This document shows positions 1 to 11,772 of a stretch of DNA of 64,000 nucleotides, in pieces (positions within the stretch are counted from its first letter, which is position 1; every line of letters starts with the position of its first letter). This DNA comes from Lama guanicoe (lineage: Eukaryota): NCBI GenBank assembly GCA_013239625.1, contig MU053881.1, positions 14,064,373 to 14,128,372 on the forward strand. Reading direction: 5' to 3'. The position numbers and the translations under genes are program-made. The notes below the pieces were generated by a model. The model had not been told where the DNA came from. It did no database searches and saw nothing but the letters and a program-made list of their open reading frames with translations.

Positions 1-287
1 GTTCCTAAGCTTGCAAAGATTAAATGATTTAATGCATGAAAAGCACTTAACACAGTGAACACATCATAATTATTCAATGACTGTTAGATATTGTTGCAGT
101 TACTATCAGGCTGCGGCTTTAGTTTTTAGAAGCGATAAAATTTACTCAAATCTAAGGGTAGAAAATAGAGTGGATTATTCAGCTGAGTGCATGTATATAA
201 TAATAATAATAGTATTATTATTACATTTACACAATACGGCTACCATTTAGGGCTTCAGATACAGAATTAGTTTTTTTTTTTAATTGC

Positions 288-868
288 TGTGTTAGTATGT
301 CCCCAGAAACGTAGCATAAAGCTGCACCCATTTATTCTGTCACAACTTCTCCAGGTTAGCGGCCAAGGCAAGGCATGGCTGGGTTCTCTCCTCAGGGTCT
401 TCCAAGGCTGAAATCAAGGCATCAGCTGGGCTATGTTCCTTTCCATAGGTTCTGGGAAAGAAGCTACTTCCAGCCTTATTCAGAGTGTTGGCCAAAGTCA
501 GCTCCTCGCAGTTGTAGCCTGTGGTCTCCATTTCCTTGCTAGCTGTCAGAAATCCTGGAGGTCATCTGCCTTCCTTGCCATGTGCGACCCTTCTGTCCAT
601 CCATCTTCAAAGCCACAGAAGGAAAATCTCTCTCCCATCAAATCCCTCTCTCTCTTGTCAGGAAAAGTCCTGTCCCTTTGAGGGGCTCACCTTAGTAGTC
701 TGACACCCAGGATAATCTGTCTTAAGGTCAACTGCTTTGGGACCTAAATTAGAACTGCCAGACCTTTTCCCCACAGTACCTAGACTAGCATTTGATGGAG
801 TGAGACAAGGTGCGTGTAGACCTGGGACCATGAATCTCGGGAACCATCTTACAATTCTTCTTCCCATA
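288..868 (-). mobile_element. MaLR solo LTR (MLT1D/E-like)
   Basis: Antisense MLT1 motifs: 'cagggtcttccaaggctgaaatcaaggc', 'cagccttattcagagtgttggc...gcagttgtagcctgtggtctccatttccttgctagctgtcag', ending 'ccatcttacaattcttcttccca'. Confidence 0.85.
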
Positions 869-3239
869 GACAGATTTTCTCATCAAGTCTGGCTCCACCC
901 AAAATAAAATGGAGCTACAAAATGATGAGCGTGACTTGCTTTTTATGTGCAGCTTGTAAAATACTTAAAAGATTTTCCTCATTGTTTTATAATCATAGCC
1001 CATACGTGAGACACCCAAGCCCCTTGGCTGGCACTTAGCAGGAATGAGGGTTAAAGATGCTAATGGTAATACATTATTGCCTTGCTATGAATGATCCCAA
1101 ATATTCCTCAACACTGCCACTTAACCTTTTATGCCTGTTGGATCACCTGTAAAAGAAAGAGATGAGCATTTACCTCGCAGGGCTGATAGGAGAGTTGAAG
1201 GATCTGTTTCACATAAATGATTCTGCTGATGAATGGCTGCCATTTCTTGCAAGCTGCAGGCACTGCACAGACTTCCAGGGCCCTTGTGGTATCACGGAAG
1301 GTGTGTGGCTCCAGAGCTGAGGCCAGACCTACCATTCAATCCCAACCCTGACTCCTTGGGTGAAATTGTTAACTCCTCAGAGTCTCAGTAACTTCAGAGA
1401 GTGCTGATGAAAAGGATAGATTGTGGGTAATAATAAAGGATAGTTAATAGTCCACACATGGACCTAATCTACAGCATCCGTCCAGTGTGTACTGAGCAAG
1501 TCAATGTGGACGCCACAGTGATAACTCTTTGCTTCTAAACCTGCATTCATTCAAGTACCTCCTTCATAATTTTTGCCCTAAACACCTGCCATCCATTTGT
1601 ACCACCTGCAAGCCATACCTGTTCAATCGACTTTTTTTCTTATCTGTGAGATCATGGTCTTGATGTGCTTGTTTCATTTCTTCCTTAAGCTCATGTTAAA
1701 ATAAATGCGTGACTGTTAAAACCGTGCTGAGTAAGGATGTGAAAAGCCCCTTCCAAATGAAAGACAGTGCCCCTTGAGGTCTCTGAGGACATAAACTGAG
1801 AGCTGCCCCAATTTTAAATACTCTAATTTTGTTTTTTGAGAGAGCACCTTGAAATTGAATTTATCCGATGTTTTAAACATGCCTAGGGAATAGAAACAAA
1901 ATGAAAATATGCCAGGGACAAAACTCATACTCAGATCTTTCTAAAAGGCCCACATTTTTTCACATCCCAACCAAAAATGGGGCAACTCAGATGGAGGTGG
2001 GTGGGGAAAGAGAGTAAGAAGAAAATATAAAAATGCAGAGGAAAAGTGACTGGCAAATCGGCATCCAGAGAGAGGGAAAGAGAGCGCGAGTGAATGTTAG
2101 GAAAGCCGGGGGAAAGGATTTGATCAGTTCTTAAGCAATTATAAACCTTTCTTAAACCCCGTATTTGGGCTCCTACGGGACTTAAAATGCGGTTACCTCT
2201 TATCACTTCTCTTTGCACGTTATTTAGGTGATTGACAGCTCGTGAGGTTTCTCTTCTCTTAAGATGTTAGAACCCCTCTCAGAATCCACGTGATATGGCT
2301 GCCCACTAGGACAAAACTGTGAATGGTATAAACATGTTCATAATCAGGGCACTGGGACTTCCGGATCTGAAAATCAAGCTGGGATCCTTAACTCCAAGTC
2401 TGCCTCCTTGATCAAAAAAAAAAGAAAAAAAGCACGCTAATTATTTATGGTAACCAATGGAAAACGCTGTTGCCCAAGAGAATGAGATGGTGTCAGGTGC
2501 CTCTTTTTGACTTTCCACTCCTTGCTAAGTGGCTCTCAGGAGGTGAATTTCTTGTAGCCATTTGCTTCGACAACTCGAAGTAAATTTTCTGCTTTTGCCT
2601 CTTCCTGTCCCAAGAATCACCACGGGGCTGACTGCTCCGCCCCCAGGGAAGAGCACTTTCTGTCTCTGTTTTAATTAGGCCCTGACATCTGGTGTGGACT
2701 GCGAGTGCTTATTTGCACACCCGCGGGCTGTTGGCTGTAAAGGAGCCCGGCCTATCTGGAGATTACGCGTGCAGATGGAGACCGCCATCACTTAATTTAA
2801 TAGAGCCATCGTGTGGGCCCTGCAGAATGTGCCACAGCCGTGAAACCTGGGCCCCCGTCTCAGTTCCAGGTACCCTGCACTGTCCCTTCTGCGTCACACA
2901 CTTCACCTCATCTGTCGGTCTCCTTAACAGATGCAGTCAGTCAGGTGAGAAGCTTGGAACAGCGCAGTCTTGGAAACCTTTCGAGGGAGAGGAAAGAGAG
3001 GTGGGGCTCGAGGGGAGGAAGTGAACTTGTAAAGACAATGAAGTCTGCCAGAGGTTTAAAAGATGACCTTGCCCCCTCTGTGCTGGGCCCCACCCCCACC
3101 GCATCTACTGAGCCTCTGCCCGTCGACACGCTGTAGGAGGCGACACTGAGACGGAGGCAGAGGTGACAGGAGACGGTCAGAGGGGCCTCGTGGGCACCTG
3201 AGTTTCCGTGACTTTGAGGAGGATTCCTTCCTTTCTCAC

Positions 3240-3390
3240 ATTGCGGTGCCTGCTCCAGACTGAGGCTTCTGTTTCATGGAGCCTCACCTGTAACATCTCT
3301 TTGATTCTCCACCGTATCCCTGATACGTGTCACAGCATCCAACATGGCGTGTGTGCTCAATAAGCAATTGTGGGAAGAAAGAATGGATAA
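3240..3390 (+). mobile_element. L2 LINE 3' end fragment
   Basis: 'accgtatccc...cacagcatccaacatggcgtgtgtgctcaataagcaattgtgggaagaaagaatgga' resembles the L2 terminus. Confidence 0.6.
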
Positions 3391-3607
3391 TAGGCCAGCT
3401 GAGGCAGTACTGCTGGGCCACTGAGACCTGAGTGCATCCTTCTGGATGTTCTCAAAGCTCTGGGCCCAGCCTGGGTAACTTGATGGAAAATTCCACCAGT
3501 CGGTATGCTCACTGGCTATAAAAACATAGATGTTCTTAATTGGCCTATGTTGTTTCCTAACTATCTCTTACATGGGTGGTGGAATCCCAGCTAGCTTATG
3601 AACATAT

Positions 3608-3847
3608 TTTTTATTTGCATTCTTTTTTATTGAAGTATAGTCAGCTTACAATGTGTCAATTTCTGGTGTACAGCATAATGTTTCAGTCATACATGTACAT
3701 GCGTATATTCCTTTTCATATTCTTTTGCATTTAGGTTACCGCAAGATATTCAGTGTAGTTCTCTGTGCTATACAGTATAAGCCTGTTTATCTGTTTTATA
3801 TATAGTAGTTAGTATCTGCAAATCTTGAACTCCCAATTTATCCCTCC
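3608..3847 (-). mobile_element. 5'-truncated camelid-type L1 3' UTR with TSD
   Basis: T-rich tail followed by 'ttattgaagtatagtcagcttacaatgtgtcaatttctggtgtacagc'. Direct repeat CCAGCTAGCTTA at 3587-3598 and 3846-3857. Confidence 0.9.
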
Positions 3848-4554
3848 AGCTAGCTTACAATTTAACAGAGGAGACAGGGCACTTGTAACTTAGTGACAAA
3901 TGATACAAAACAGAGTAATGCCTAATGTGGTGGTACTGATTCATTGTTGGAGGAGCTCAGGGGAGAGACAACGTCTGTGGCCGAGGAGGATGAGGCAGAC
4001 CTTGCTTTAGGACTTGAGTGTGAGTGTTCAGAGAAATAGTGGAAAGTCTTCCAGGTAAAGAGGCAAGGACGTATCAGACAATTAGCAGCATGGATTATGG
4101 ACAAACCTGGCTTACATTTCCAGCATCGCCATTCTCCAGCCTAAAGAACCCAAGAAAGTAGCACAAGGGAATGAGACCTCTGAAGATCAGGTTCACTAAG
4201 TGTGTTTATAGGAAGGTCTCCCCAAATCACCAAGGATACCAAGTTCACGTTTGTCCGTCCATGGTAGAAAAACGGTAACTCATTCATGCAATCATCCTAT
4301 TCAGAAAGGTCAGGATGCTTCCACAGGTATCAGCATAGCATCATCTGGGAGTTAACTGCTTTATTAAGGTTTCAGAGTTTATGGGAAATAATCAAGGTTC
4401 TGATACTTTGGGGACCAGAGCAAATCAGGATAACCTGTTACTCTGGAGGTTTTCTGAGGATGATGGTCCCTGCCTGTCCCATATTAGAAGCAACGTGTCC
4501 GTTTTTGTTTCTACCAAAGTAGTAACTGTCATCCATTCCAGGGGTAGAGATACT

Positions 4555-4790
4555 CAATTCCAAATTAAGGATTTTGGAATCGGACTGACATGAATTTGAA
4601 TCGCAGAATTACTAGTAAGTGGCTCTGTGAACTCAGACAAGTTACTTCATCTCTCAGAAGCACAGTTTCTTCATGTGTAAAACAAAGGGGCTAAAAAATA
4701 CCTCTATTATTTCTTTTTAGGCATTTAAAAAATACATAAAAGCTCAACACAGTGCCTGACCCAGGAGTGAGTATTCAGTCAGAGAAAGCT
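4555..4790 (+). mobile_element. MIR SINE
   Basis: Core 'tgtgaactcagacaagttacttcatctctcagaagcacagtttcttcatgtgtaaaac' and tail 'aaagctcaacacagtgcctgac'. Confidence 0.8.
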
Positions 4791-7379
4791 GGTTTTCTGA
4801 CATCGCTCAAAGCGGTGCTTCCTCGGGTCACCCGCAAACCTTAGGGGGAGCTATTCAATGGTAACAATATTGACCCAGAGAATCCTGGAGGGGCTGGAAG
4901 GTCTCGGGTTAGCTTGGACGATCCCCCCGACGCTGTGCGGGGGCAGGTGTCAAGTTCAGCTCTCCTGTACCTTATTCTGAGTGAATGTGTTTATGTGTGC
5001 GAAACAGAACCAGTGTTGCCTTCCAATCAATCTTCCGCAAAAGGAGAAAAGTGAAGAACCTTTAACACGTTTTCATAATGTTAAGAGTATTTAACTAAGG
5101 GATTATCATTTATTCTGAGAGCAAGTCCCTCCTAATGTTGTTACCAGAACAAAGCAGGTGGGGGTGAAAGTCGCTTGGGTTTTGGTCGGGGTTTTGGTTT
5201 TGACTTCACTGGGAGAGCGAATACTTGATAATCCTAGATCAGCTCCCCAAATTTCTTTGGAAATGTTATTGCATCAGCTAATCCAAAAAGATGGGAACTC
5301 TAACCTGGGAAGCGGAAAATCCTCATTTTGCTGACTGGGACATGAGCGATCACAGGACCTTTTATCCAGGGACAGTGTGTCTTTGGGTTTATACAGGCAG
5401 CAAGGATTCCTTGGGAAGGGGAAGTCTGTCCTGCTCCGTTGCTGATTGAATCAAGCCGCAGGCATACAGTTTAAAACCCAGTCACACCTCCTTTCGCTGA
5501 AGTACCAACACTGGTGTTCTAAGGGTTTGCAAAGTGCCTGTTAGCAGAAAGTGAGTGGAGGTGTTGGCCTATGTTCTGAGGGTAGCAGGTGCTTAGACTG
5601 CTCGATTTGCCTCGAATAAGAATGGAAGTCAATCTCTCTCTAATGTTTAGAATTTGGGAATTAGATCCTAAAACCATGCATACTGTCTTCTGTTATCTAA
5701 GGATGCTTCTCTGAGAATACTTGTGGAAGTGGGGCAGCCTGGATCCGAGCCCCTCCGAGAGCGGGCTGGATGCTGCCTCTGTGGCCGTGGCTGTGGTAGT
5801 GATGTCCGTGGGAGCCCAGGGATGCCAGAATTCCTAGTGACAAGCAAATTTTAGGAAGAGCCAGAGCGATCGTGGCAGGCGTGTTACTGTATTCACACAG
5901 GAAACAGAATTAAGGAAATAGGTGGACTTCTGCTCTGGAGGAGGTACTTCTGAAGGGAAAACAGTGCCTTTGGTGAGGATGGAGGGTGAAGAGTGAAATG
6001 TTTGCGTGAGGACGGTGAATGGAGGTGGGAGAGCCCGCAGGAGAGAGCAGACGGATGGATGTTCCTTTGGGTGTAGCCCTGTTGACTGTTTACACATAGC
6101 CTGTTGCCACAGGTGAATACATAAACATACGCTCCGATGTTTGGAGAGTCTAAATTTAGAAAGACCTCAGACGTTCTTCCAAGCCTTACAAGGTTCAGTA
6201 AAACACAAGGAAAAGCTATGATCTTAAAAAAAGAAAAATTGGCTCTGTTTTATTTTCTTTTTGTATATTCAGTGCAAGATAATTCCAGACACACATCGTT
6301 CATGGGTGACAAAACTATTCTCTTATTATCAGGGTTAGAGCCTTGGAATAAGCTTTCATGCTCACCTGTGTTTCCTTCATGCTACAATTTAAAGACTAAG
6401 GTGTTATTCAGAACTGAATTGTCACCTCAGAAGAGGCTTTGAGAATATCCTAAGATAGATGGATCCACCAAACGGATACCAGCCAGGGCTTGCCTTGTCG
6501 TGAAGGCTGCAAAATATTTAATGGTGGCTGTGTCTAGAATTCTATGCAAAGTCACATAAGATGAACTCAGAGAAAATAATCAGAGCTTAAAGAGACCCTG
6601 AAAGGCAAGTCCAATATTCTTTTCCAGATACTTGAATTATAAGTTTTTATTGGTGAAAGGGATTCTAAAGATTAGTATGTAAATTATTATGGATTGGGTT
6701 GCTGATTGGATGGTTATTTTGCAGTCTGAGATTCTAAAAGACCCAGATCCAGCTCTACTAATCCTCTGACCACTTTATAGTATAGTAATTGCATTTCTCA
6801 ATACAGCTGTGTGCAATGGCTGACAATGCAAGGGACGCAAAGTTCTACGTAACTGACGGAGTTGGGGGGCTGGAAAGCTCTGACCCGAAAGACAGGCTGA
6901 CTCACAGGGCTCGCTGAGGGCTAAGTTATTATTCTTACCTGGGCTGTCTCTGTCTGTCTCTGTGTCTCCCTGTCTGTCTCTCTTTCTCTCTCCTTCTCAT
7001 CTAAATCTTGACCCAGTATTCCAAAACATACCAGTAGGAAAAGAGAAGTGACCAGGGCCCAAGAGAGGCCCATGTCCATCATCTACCTGGGGACATTGAA
7101 TCAGAAGAAGAGAGGCTAGCAGTCTCTCCCCAGGGGCCAGGCCTGCCTACATCTGCCTGCCACACAGAAGCAGGAAGACAGAAGTGCGAGAAAGAGACCA
7201 AAGCTTGTCCAGGTCCAGTGGCCTTGACCACTCGTGAGCTCCATGTTGGTGTTCTGACCTGTCAGATAAGCATCTTCTCTTCCCTCACAGGAGTGCAGGG
7301 AAGAGAATAGACAGGGGCAAAAGCTTCCCGATGTAGGAAAGTATTTCTAGAGTGTGGGTGTTTCAACTTCTATAATAAC

Positions 7380-7560
7380 ATCAACAAGAGTACCACCATG
7401 GATTAAGTGTATGCTATGTGCTGGGTGCTGCACCATGGGCTTGATGGACATCATCTCATCCAGTCATTACAGAACCCTGTGGCATTGGCATAATTACACC
7501 CAGGTTACAGATGAGAAAACCGAGGTTTAGAAAGGTCAGGTTTGCCCACCTGCTTAGTAT
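7380..7560 (-). mobile_element. MIR SINE
   Basis: 'cccaggttacagatgagaaaaccgaggtttagaaaggtcaggtttgccca' is the antisense MIR core. Confidence 0.8.
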
Positions 7561-7759
7561 CTAAATGCCCGTGGTGATGTATAGCCCCCAGCAGTTGACA
7601 TATTTTAGATAATTCGCTTTTACCACCACCTCCACCTCATGCAACTCAAGTCTCCCATTGGGGATTCTGATCATGGTTAGGGTCCCCTGGTACTGAAAGT
7701 GAGGTCTCCCTCCAGCCCCCTGCATTGAGTACCACTGGTACTCAGTTCTCAGTCTATAG

Positions 7760-7965
7760 CAGTGGTTCTCAGCCACGAGGATTTTACCCTCACAGACATT
7801 TGACAACGCCCGGAGACATTTTTGGCTGCCATACTTGGGAGGGAGATGCTACAAGCACTCCCTGTACAGTGCCAGGGTTGTTGCTAAACATTCTGTGGTA
7901 TACAGGATAGTCCCCCACATCAAAGAATTATCCAGCCTAAAATGTCAGGAATGTGAGGTCAGGAG
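7760..7965 (+). mobile_element. MER20 non-autonomous hAT-Charlie DNA transposon
   Basis: Starts 'cagtggttctca'. Internal 'ggagacatttttggctgccatacttggg', 'gctaaacattct', 'aaagaattatccagcctaaaatgtca'. Confidence 0.85.
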
Positions 7966-8479
7966 TGCTAAGAGAACCTGTTCTGTTGCCACACAAAGCA
8001 GACTGAGCTACTTTCTACATGAGCCATTAGGAGTGCGGGGAGAGCAGTAACATCACGTCAGCCCCGCCTCCCATTTGCCACCCTACCCTTAGCACACCGA
8101 CTCTCCAGCCCTCAGTTGTCTACCTGCTTGTTCTTCACAGTCCCCTTTTCCAGGATCAAACACTAGCGAACGACAAAGCCAGCACTAGATCCAGATTACC
8201 TGCTTCCTGTTTCAGCTATCTGCCAATAATACCATGTCTGACCCTTCAATTCGTTCATTGGGAATAAGAGTGAGTAACACCATGTCTCTATTCTCACACA
8301 GTGTATACTCCCAATATGAGCATCACCCCAGTATGTTCCCTGCCTGTGTAGAAATTATCCCCTCTGTTGTCATCTGATTTGGCCATGTCTACTTTTAAAG
8401 CTGATGAAAAAAAAGGTTCTAACAATCAAAGCCGTCAAGGAAACATGACTACTTTTATGTCAAACACAGGTCTGTACCT

Positions 8480-9816
8480 ATAGATTCAAAGAGCAGAATA
8501 GAGAGTCTAGAAATGGACTTCCATACATAGTCGATTGATTTTGACAACAGTATCATGGCACTTCAGGGAAAAGGGTAATCTTTTCAACACGTGGTGCTGG
8601 GGCAAATTGGACAGTCATGTGCAACAACAGCAAAAAAGATCCTTCTCCCTTACTTCACACCTTAAACAAAAACTCATAATTGATTATAAACCTAAATGTG
8701 AGACCTGAAATTACAAAACTTATAGAAAAAAATATAAGAGAAAATCTTAGTGACCTTGGGCTTGGCAAAGATTTCTTGAATATGACATAAAAGCATGAAC
8801 AGTAAAAGAAGAAAATCAATAATTCAGATTTCATAAAATCTAAATAAAACTTTGCACTTCCAAAGACTTGGTTACAAAAATGAAAAAAAAGCATGCTATA
8901 GACTGGGAGAAGATATTCACATGATGTATATCCAAGACAGGACTGATATCTAAAAAATGTACAGAAGTCCTGTAACTTAAGAATAAGACCAAAAAAAAAA
9001 CTATTTAAAAAAGGGGGAAAGATTTGAACTGACATTTCACCAAAAATTTACAGATGGTAAAAGATACATGAAAAGATGCACAACTTTAGTCATTAAGGAA
9101 TTGCAATTTAAAACCACAATGAGATACCAATAAAACCCACTAGGATGGTTAAAAATTTAAAAGACGAATCATACCAAATATTGTCCAGAACGCAGAACAA
9201 CTGGCACTCCCATGCACTGCTAGTACAAAACAGAGAAGTCCATTGCAAAACAGTCTAGCAGTGTCTCAAAAAAATTAAACATGCAACCACTATTTGACCC
9301 AACTATTCCTCTCTTAAGTATTTACCCAAGAGAAACATGTAATCACATGTGTAGACAAATGTTCAGGGCAGCTTTATTTATAATAGCCCCAAACTGGAAA
9401 CAATCTAAATGTCCATCAGCAAGTAAATACATAAATTGTGGTATGTCCATGCAACAGAAAGGATCAAATTAGTGATATACACAAGATAGATGCCTATCAA
9501 AATAATTACGCGGAGTGAAAGAAGCCAGACACACAGCCCTACCACCACCAAAAAACAAAAAAGTATCCATCCTGTGTGATTCCATTCATATGAAATTCTA
9601 GATACTACAAATAACTTGTAAGACCAAAAGCAACTCAGTGCCTTCTTAGAGACAGAGGTGGTAAGGGGCAAAAGGAAACTTTGGGGGTGATGGATACATT
9701 CACCACCTTGTTTGCAATGATGCTTCAGGAATATATATTATGTAAAACTCATTTAATTGTACAGTTTAAACATACATAGCTTATTGTACGTAAAATCCCT
9801 TAAAATTGTAGAAAAA
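8480..9816 (+). mobile_element. Old L1 (L1MC/L1MD-like), ORF2 3' part plus 3' UTR
   Basis: ORF 9281-9472 'PLFDPTIPLLSIYPRE...MFRAALFIIAPNWKQSKCPS' is the L1 ORF2 C-terminus. 3' UTR 'gaaactttgggggtgatggatacattcaccaccttg'. Confidence 0.9.
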
Positions 9817-10612
9817 TGAAATGAAACAAGTCTCAGGTCCATGTCCTTAAGCTCCCTTTTCCCATTTGAAGGGCTGCCGCCCAGTGGATAACACCTGTTT
9901 CTGTCCCTGTAGTGCTAACTGCAGCAGCCACCAGACTGTCTGCTTCCTTTAGTGACAGCCCACTGAGGCCTCCTGGCCTTTGTCATCTCTGGGAAGGTTC
10001 TGTTGGGGCAGTCATTCAGTGGTCCGCCAGCCCGTCCACAAAAAACTGAAAATCAACACTTGCTTAGAAATTGCACATGGGTGACATCGGTGGCCTCATC
10101 TTGGGTAGTCTTCATCATTAGGTACAGACTGAGTTACACCAATCATCTGAGAGTCGAGGCATAGCTCGGAGGTCACACAAGACCCAGTCTGCTGAAACAC
10201 GGTGTCTGAACACATCTTTCACTTCCACGGAAACTTCCAATACGTCATCCTGGAGTTTCATTTCATGTCTTTGTCTGTACCCCTGATTGCATGTCTTTGA
10301 AAGCACCTGTGTTTTGACTTTTCAGCATTTCTTTCCTGACCAGAAAACTGTAAAACCCTGAACCACATAAAAACCATGATTCGTCGAAGTATTTCTTTTC
10401 CAGCATCCTTCTTCTTGGGTCCAGGTTAAACATGCGTTCAAGAGTTAGAGATTTACATGGATGGTGTTTGGGATAATGATGACGATGATGCTCTTTGTTA
10501 GATTTTTGTCATCATACCATCAAGTTTTGTCTGTGTCTGTCTGTATATAACAGAAAATGGCTGTAATTTATACTGTACATGAGAGGCTTCCTTCAGACTT
10601 ACTACAAACTTT

Positions 10613-11119
10613 GTTTTGTTTTGTTTTTATTGAAGTACAGTTACAATGTGTCAACTTCTGATGTACAGCACCATGTCCCAGTCAAGCATATGCATACATA
10701 GATTTGTTTTCATACCCTTTTTCATTGAAGGTTATTACAAGATATCGAATATAGTTCCCTGTGCTATAGGAATTATTTTTTATCTATTTTTATATAGAGA
10801 GGCTAACATTTGCAAATCTCAAATTCCCAAATTTATCCCTTCCCACCCCCTTGCCCCTCTTGTAACCATGAGTTTGTTTACTATGTCTGCAAGTCTGTTT
10901 CTGTTTTGTAGATGAGTTCATTAGTGGCCTCTTTTTATCTTTTTTTAGGTTCCACATGTGACTGATATCATATGGTATTTTTCTTTCTCTTTCTCGCTTA
11001 CTTCACTTAGAATGATGATCTTCAGGTCCATCCATGTTGCTGCAGATGGCATTATTTTATTCTTTTTTATGGCTGAGTAGTATTCCATTATATCAATATA
11101 CCACTATAACTTCTTAATC
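10613..11119 (-). mobile_element. 5'-truncated camelid-type L1 with 20-bp TSD
   Basis: L1 3' UTR and ORF2 end ('ggctgagtagtattccatt'). TSD TCAGACTTACTACAAACTTT (10593-10612) vs TCAGACTTATCACAAACTTT (11120-11139), followed by AG (TTT/AG, an L1 endonuclease-type site). Confidence 0.92.
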
Positions 11120-11169
11120 TCAGACTTATCACAAACTTTAGATTCTAATCGAAGCTCAAAGCCCATTTG

Positions 11170-11540
11170 TATAATTTCCTCATTCTGTGACTTTGAGCAA
11201 GTTTCTTAACATTTGTAAACTTCAGTATTCTCTTCTGTAAAGTGGAATGACTTGTAAGAGTTTAATAAGAGATTTTCTTTAAAGAACTTTATAAAGTAAG
11301 AAGCCATGGTATAGTCATTCAGGTCATGGGGTCTGAAGTCAGGCAGTCTACATTTCAATCCTGACCTCACCATTTACTTTGTAACACTCTGTGCCTCAGT
11401 CTCCTCATCTGTGAAAATGATGCCAATAAGACCACCCTTATAAGGCTGGTATGCGGGTTAAATTAGTTGATACATATGTATATATAATGTTTCAAACAGC
11501 ATCAGCACAAGATGAGGACTCAATACATGTTAGCTGCCAT
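11170..11540 (+). mobile_element. Two adjacent MIR SINE fragments
   Basis: Cores 'tgtgactttgagcaagtttcttaac...cagtattctcttctgtaaagtgg' and 'ctctgtgcctcagtctcctcatctgtgaaaatg'. Confidence 0.8.
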
Positions 11541-11727
11541 CAATATCCTTCAGTTTTTGTTAAGATATGTGCCACATAATAGGTGTTGGATAAATGGTAG
11601 GCATCATTCATTTAAAACTCTCTGATTCTTTTGGTTTTCAAGACAACTTCTGTATCCTACAGCCATTCCTGAAGTGCTCCCAAGAAAACCTGAACATTTT
11701 TCAGATCACATTAAGGATGACATTTTC

Positions 11728-11728
<1 letters not shown>

Positions 11729-11770
<42 letters not shown>
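11729..11770. repeat. (TG)21 microsatellite
   Basis: Perfect TG run read directly. Confidence 0.98.

Positions 11771-11772
<2 letters not shown>

Noticed and set aside
6360..6460. Minus-strand exon (acceptor 'tctatcttag', donor CAG|GTGAGC)
   Set aside because: Stops in all three frames and only a moderate acceptor, so it is indistinguishable from chance.
10060..10450. Possible coding exon, processed pseudogene or C/D snoRNA on the minus strand (AATGATGA box)
   Set aside because: Frames close quickly, the peptides are not recognisable, and I could not find a convincing D box with a terminal stem.
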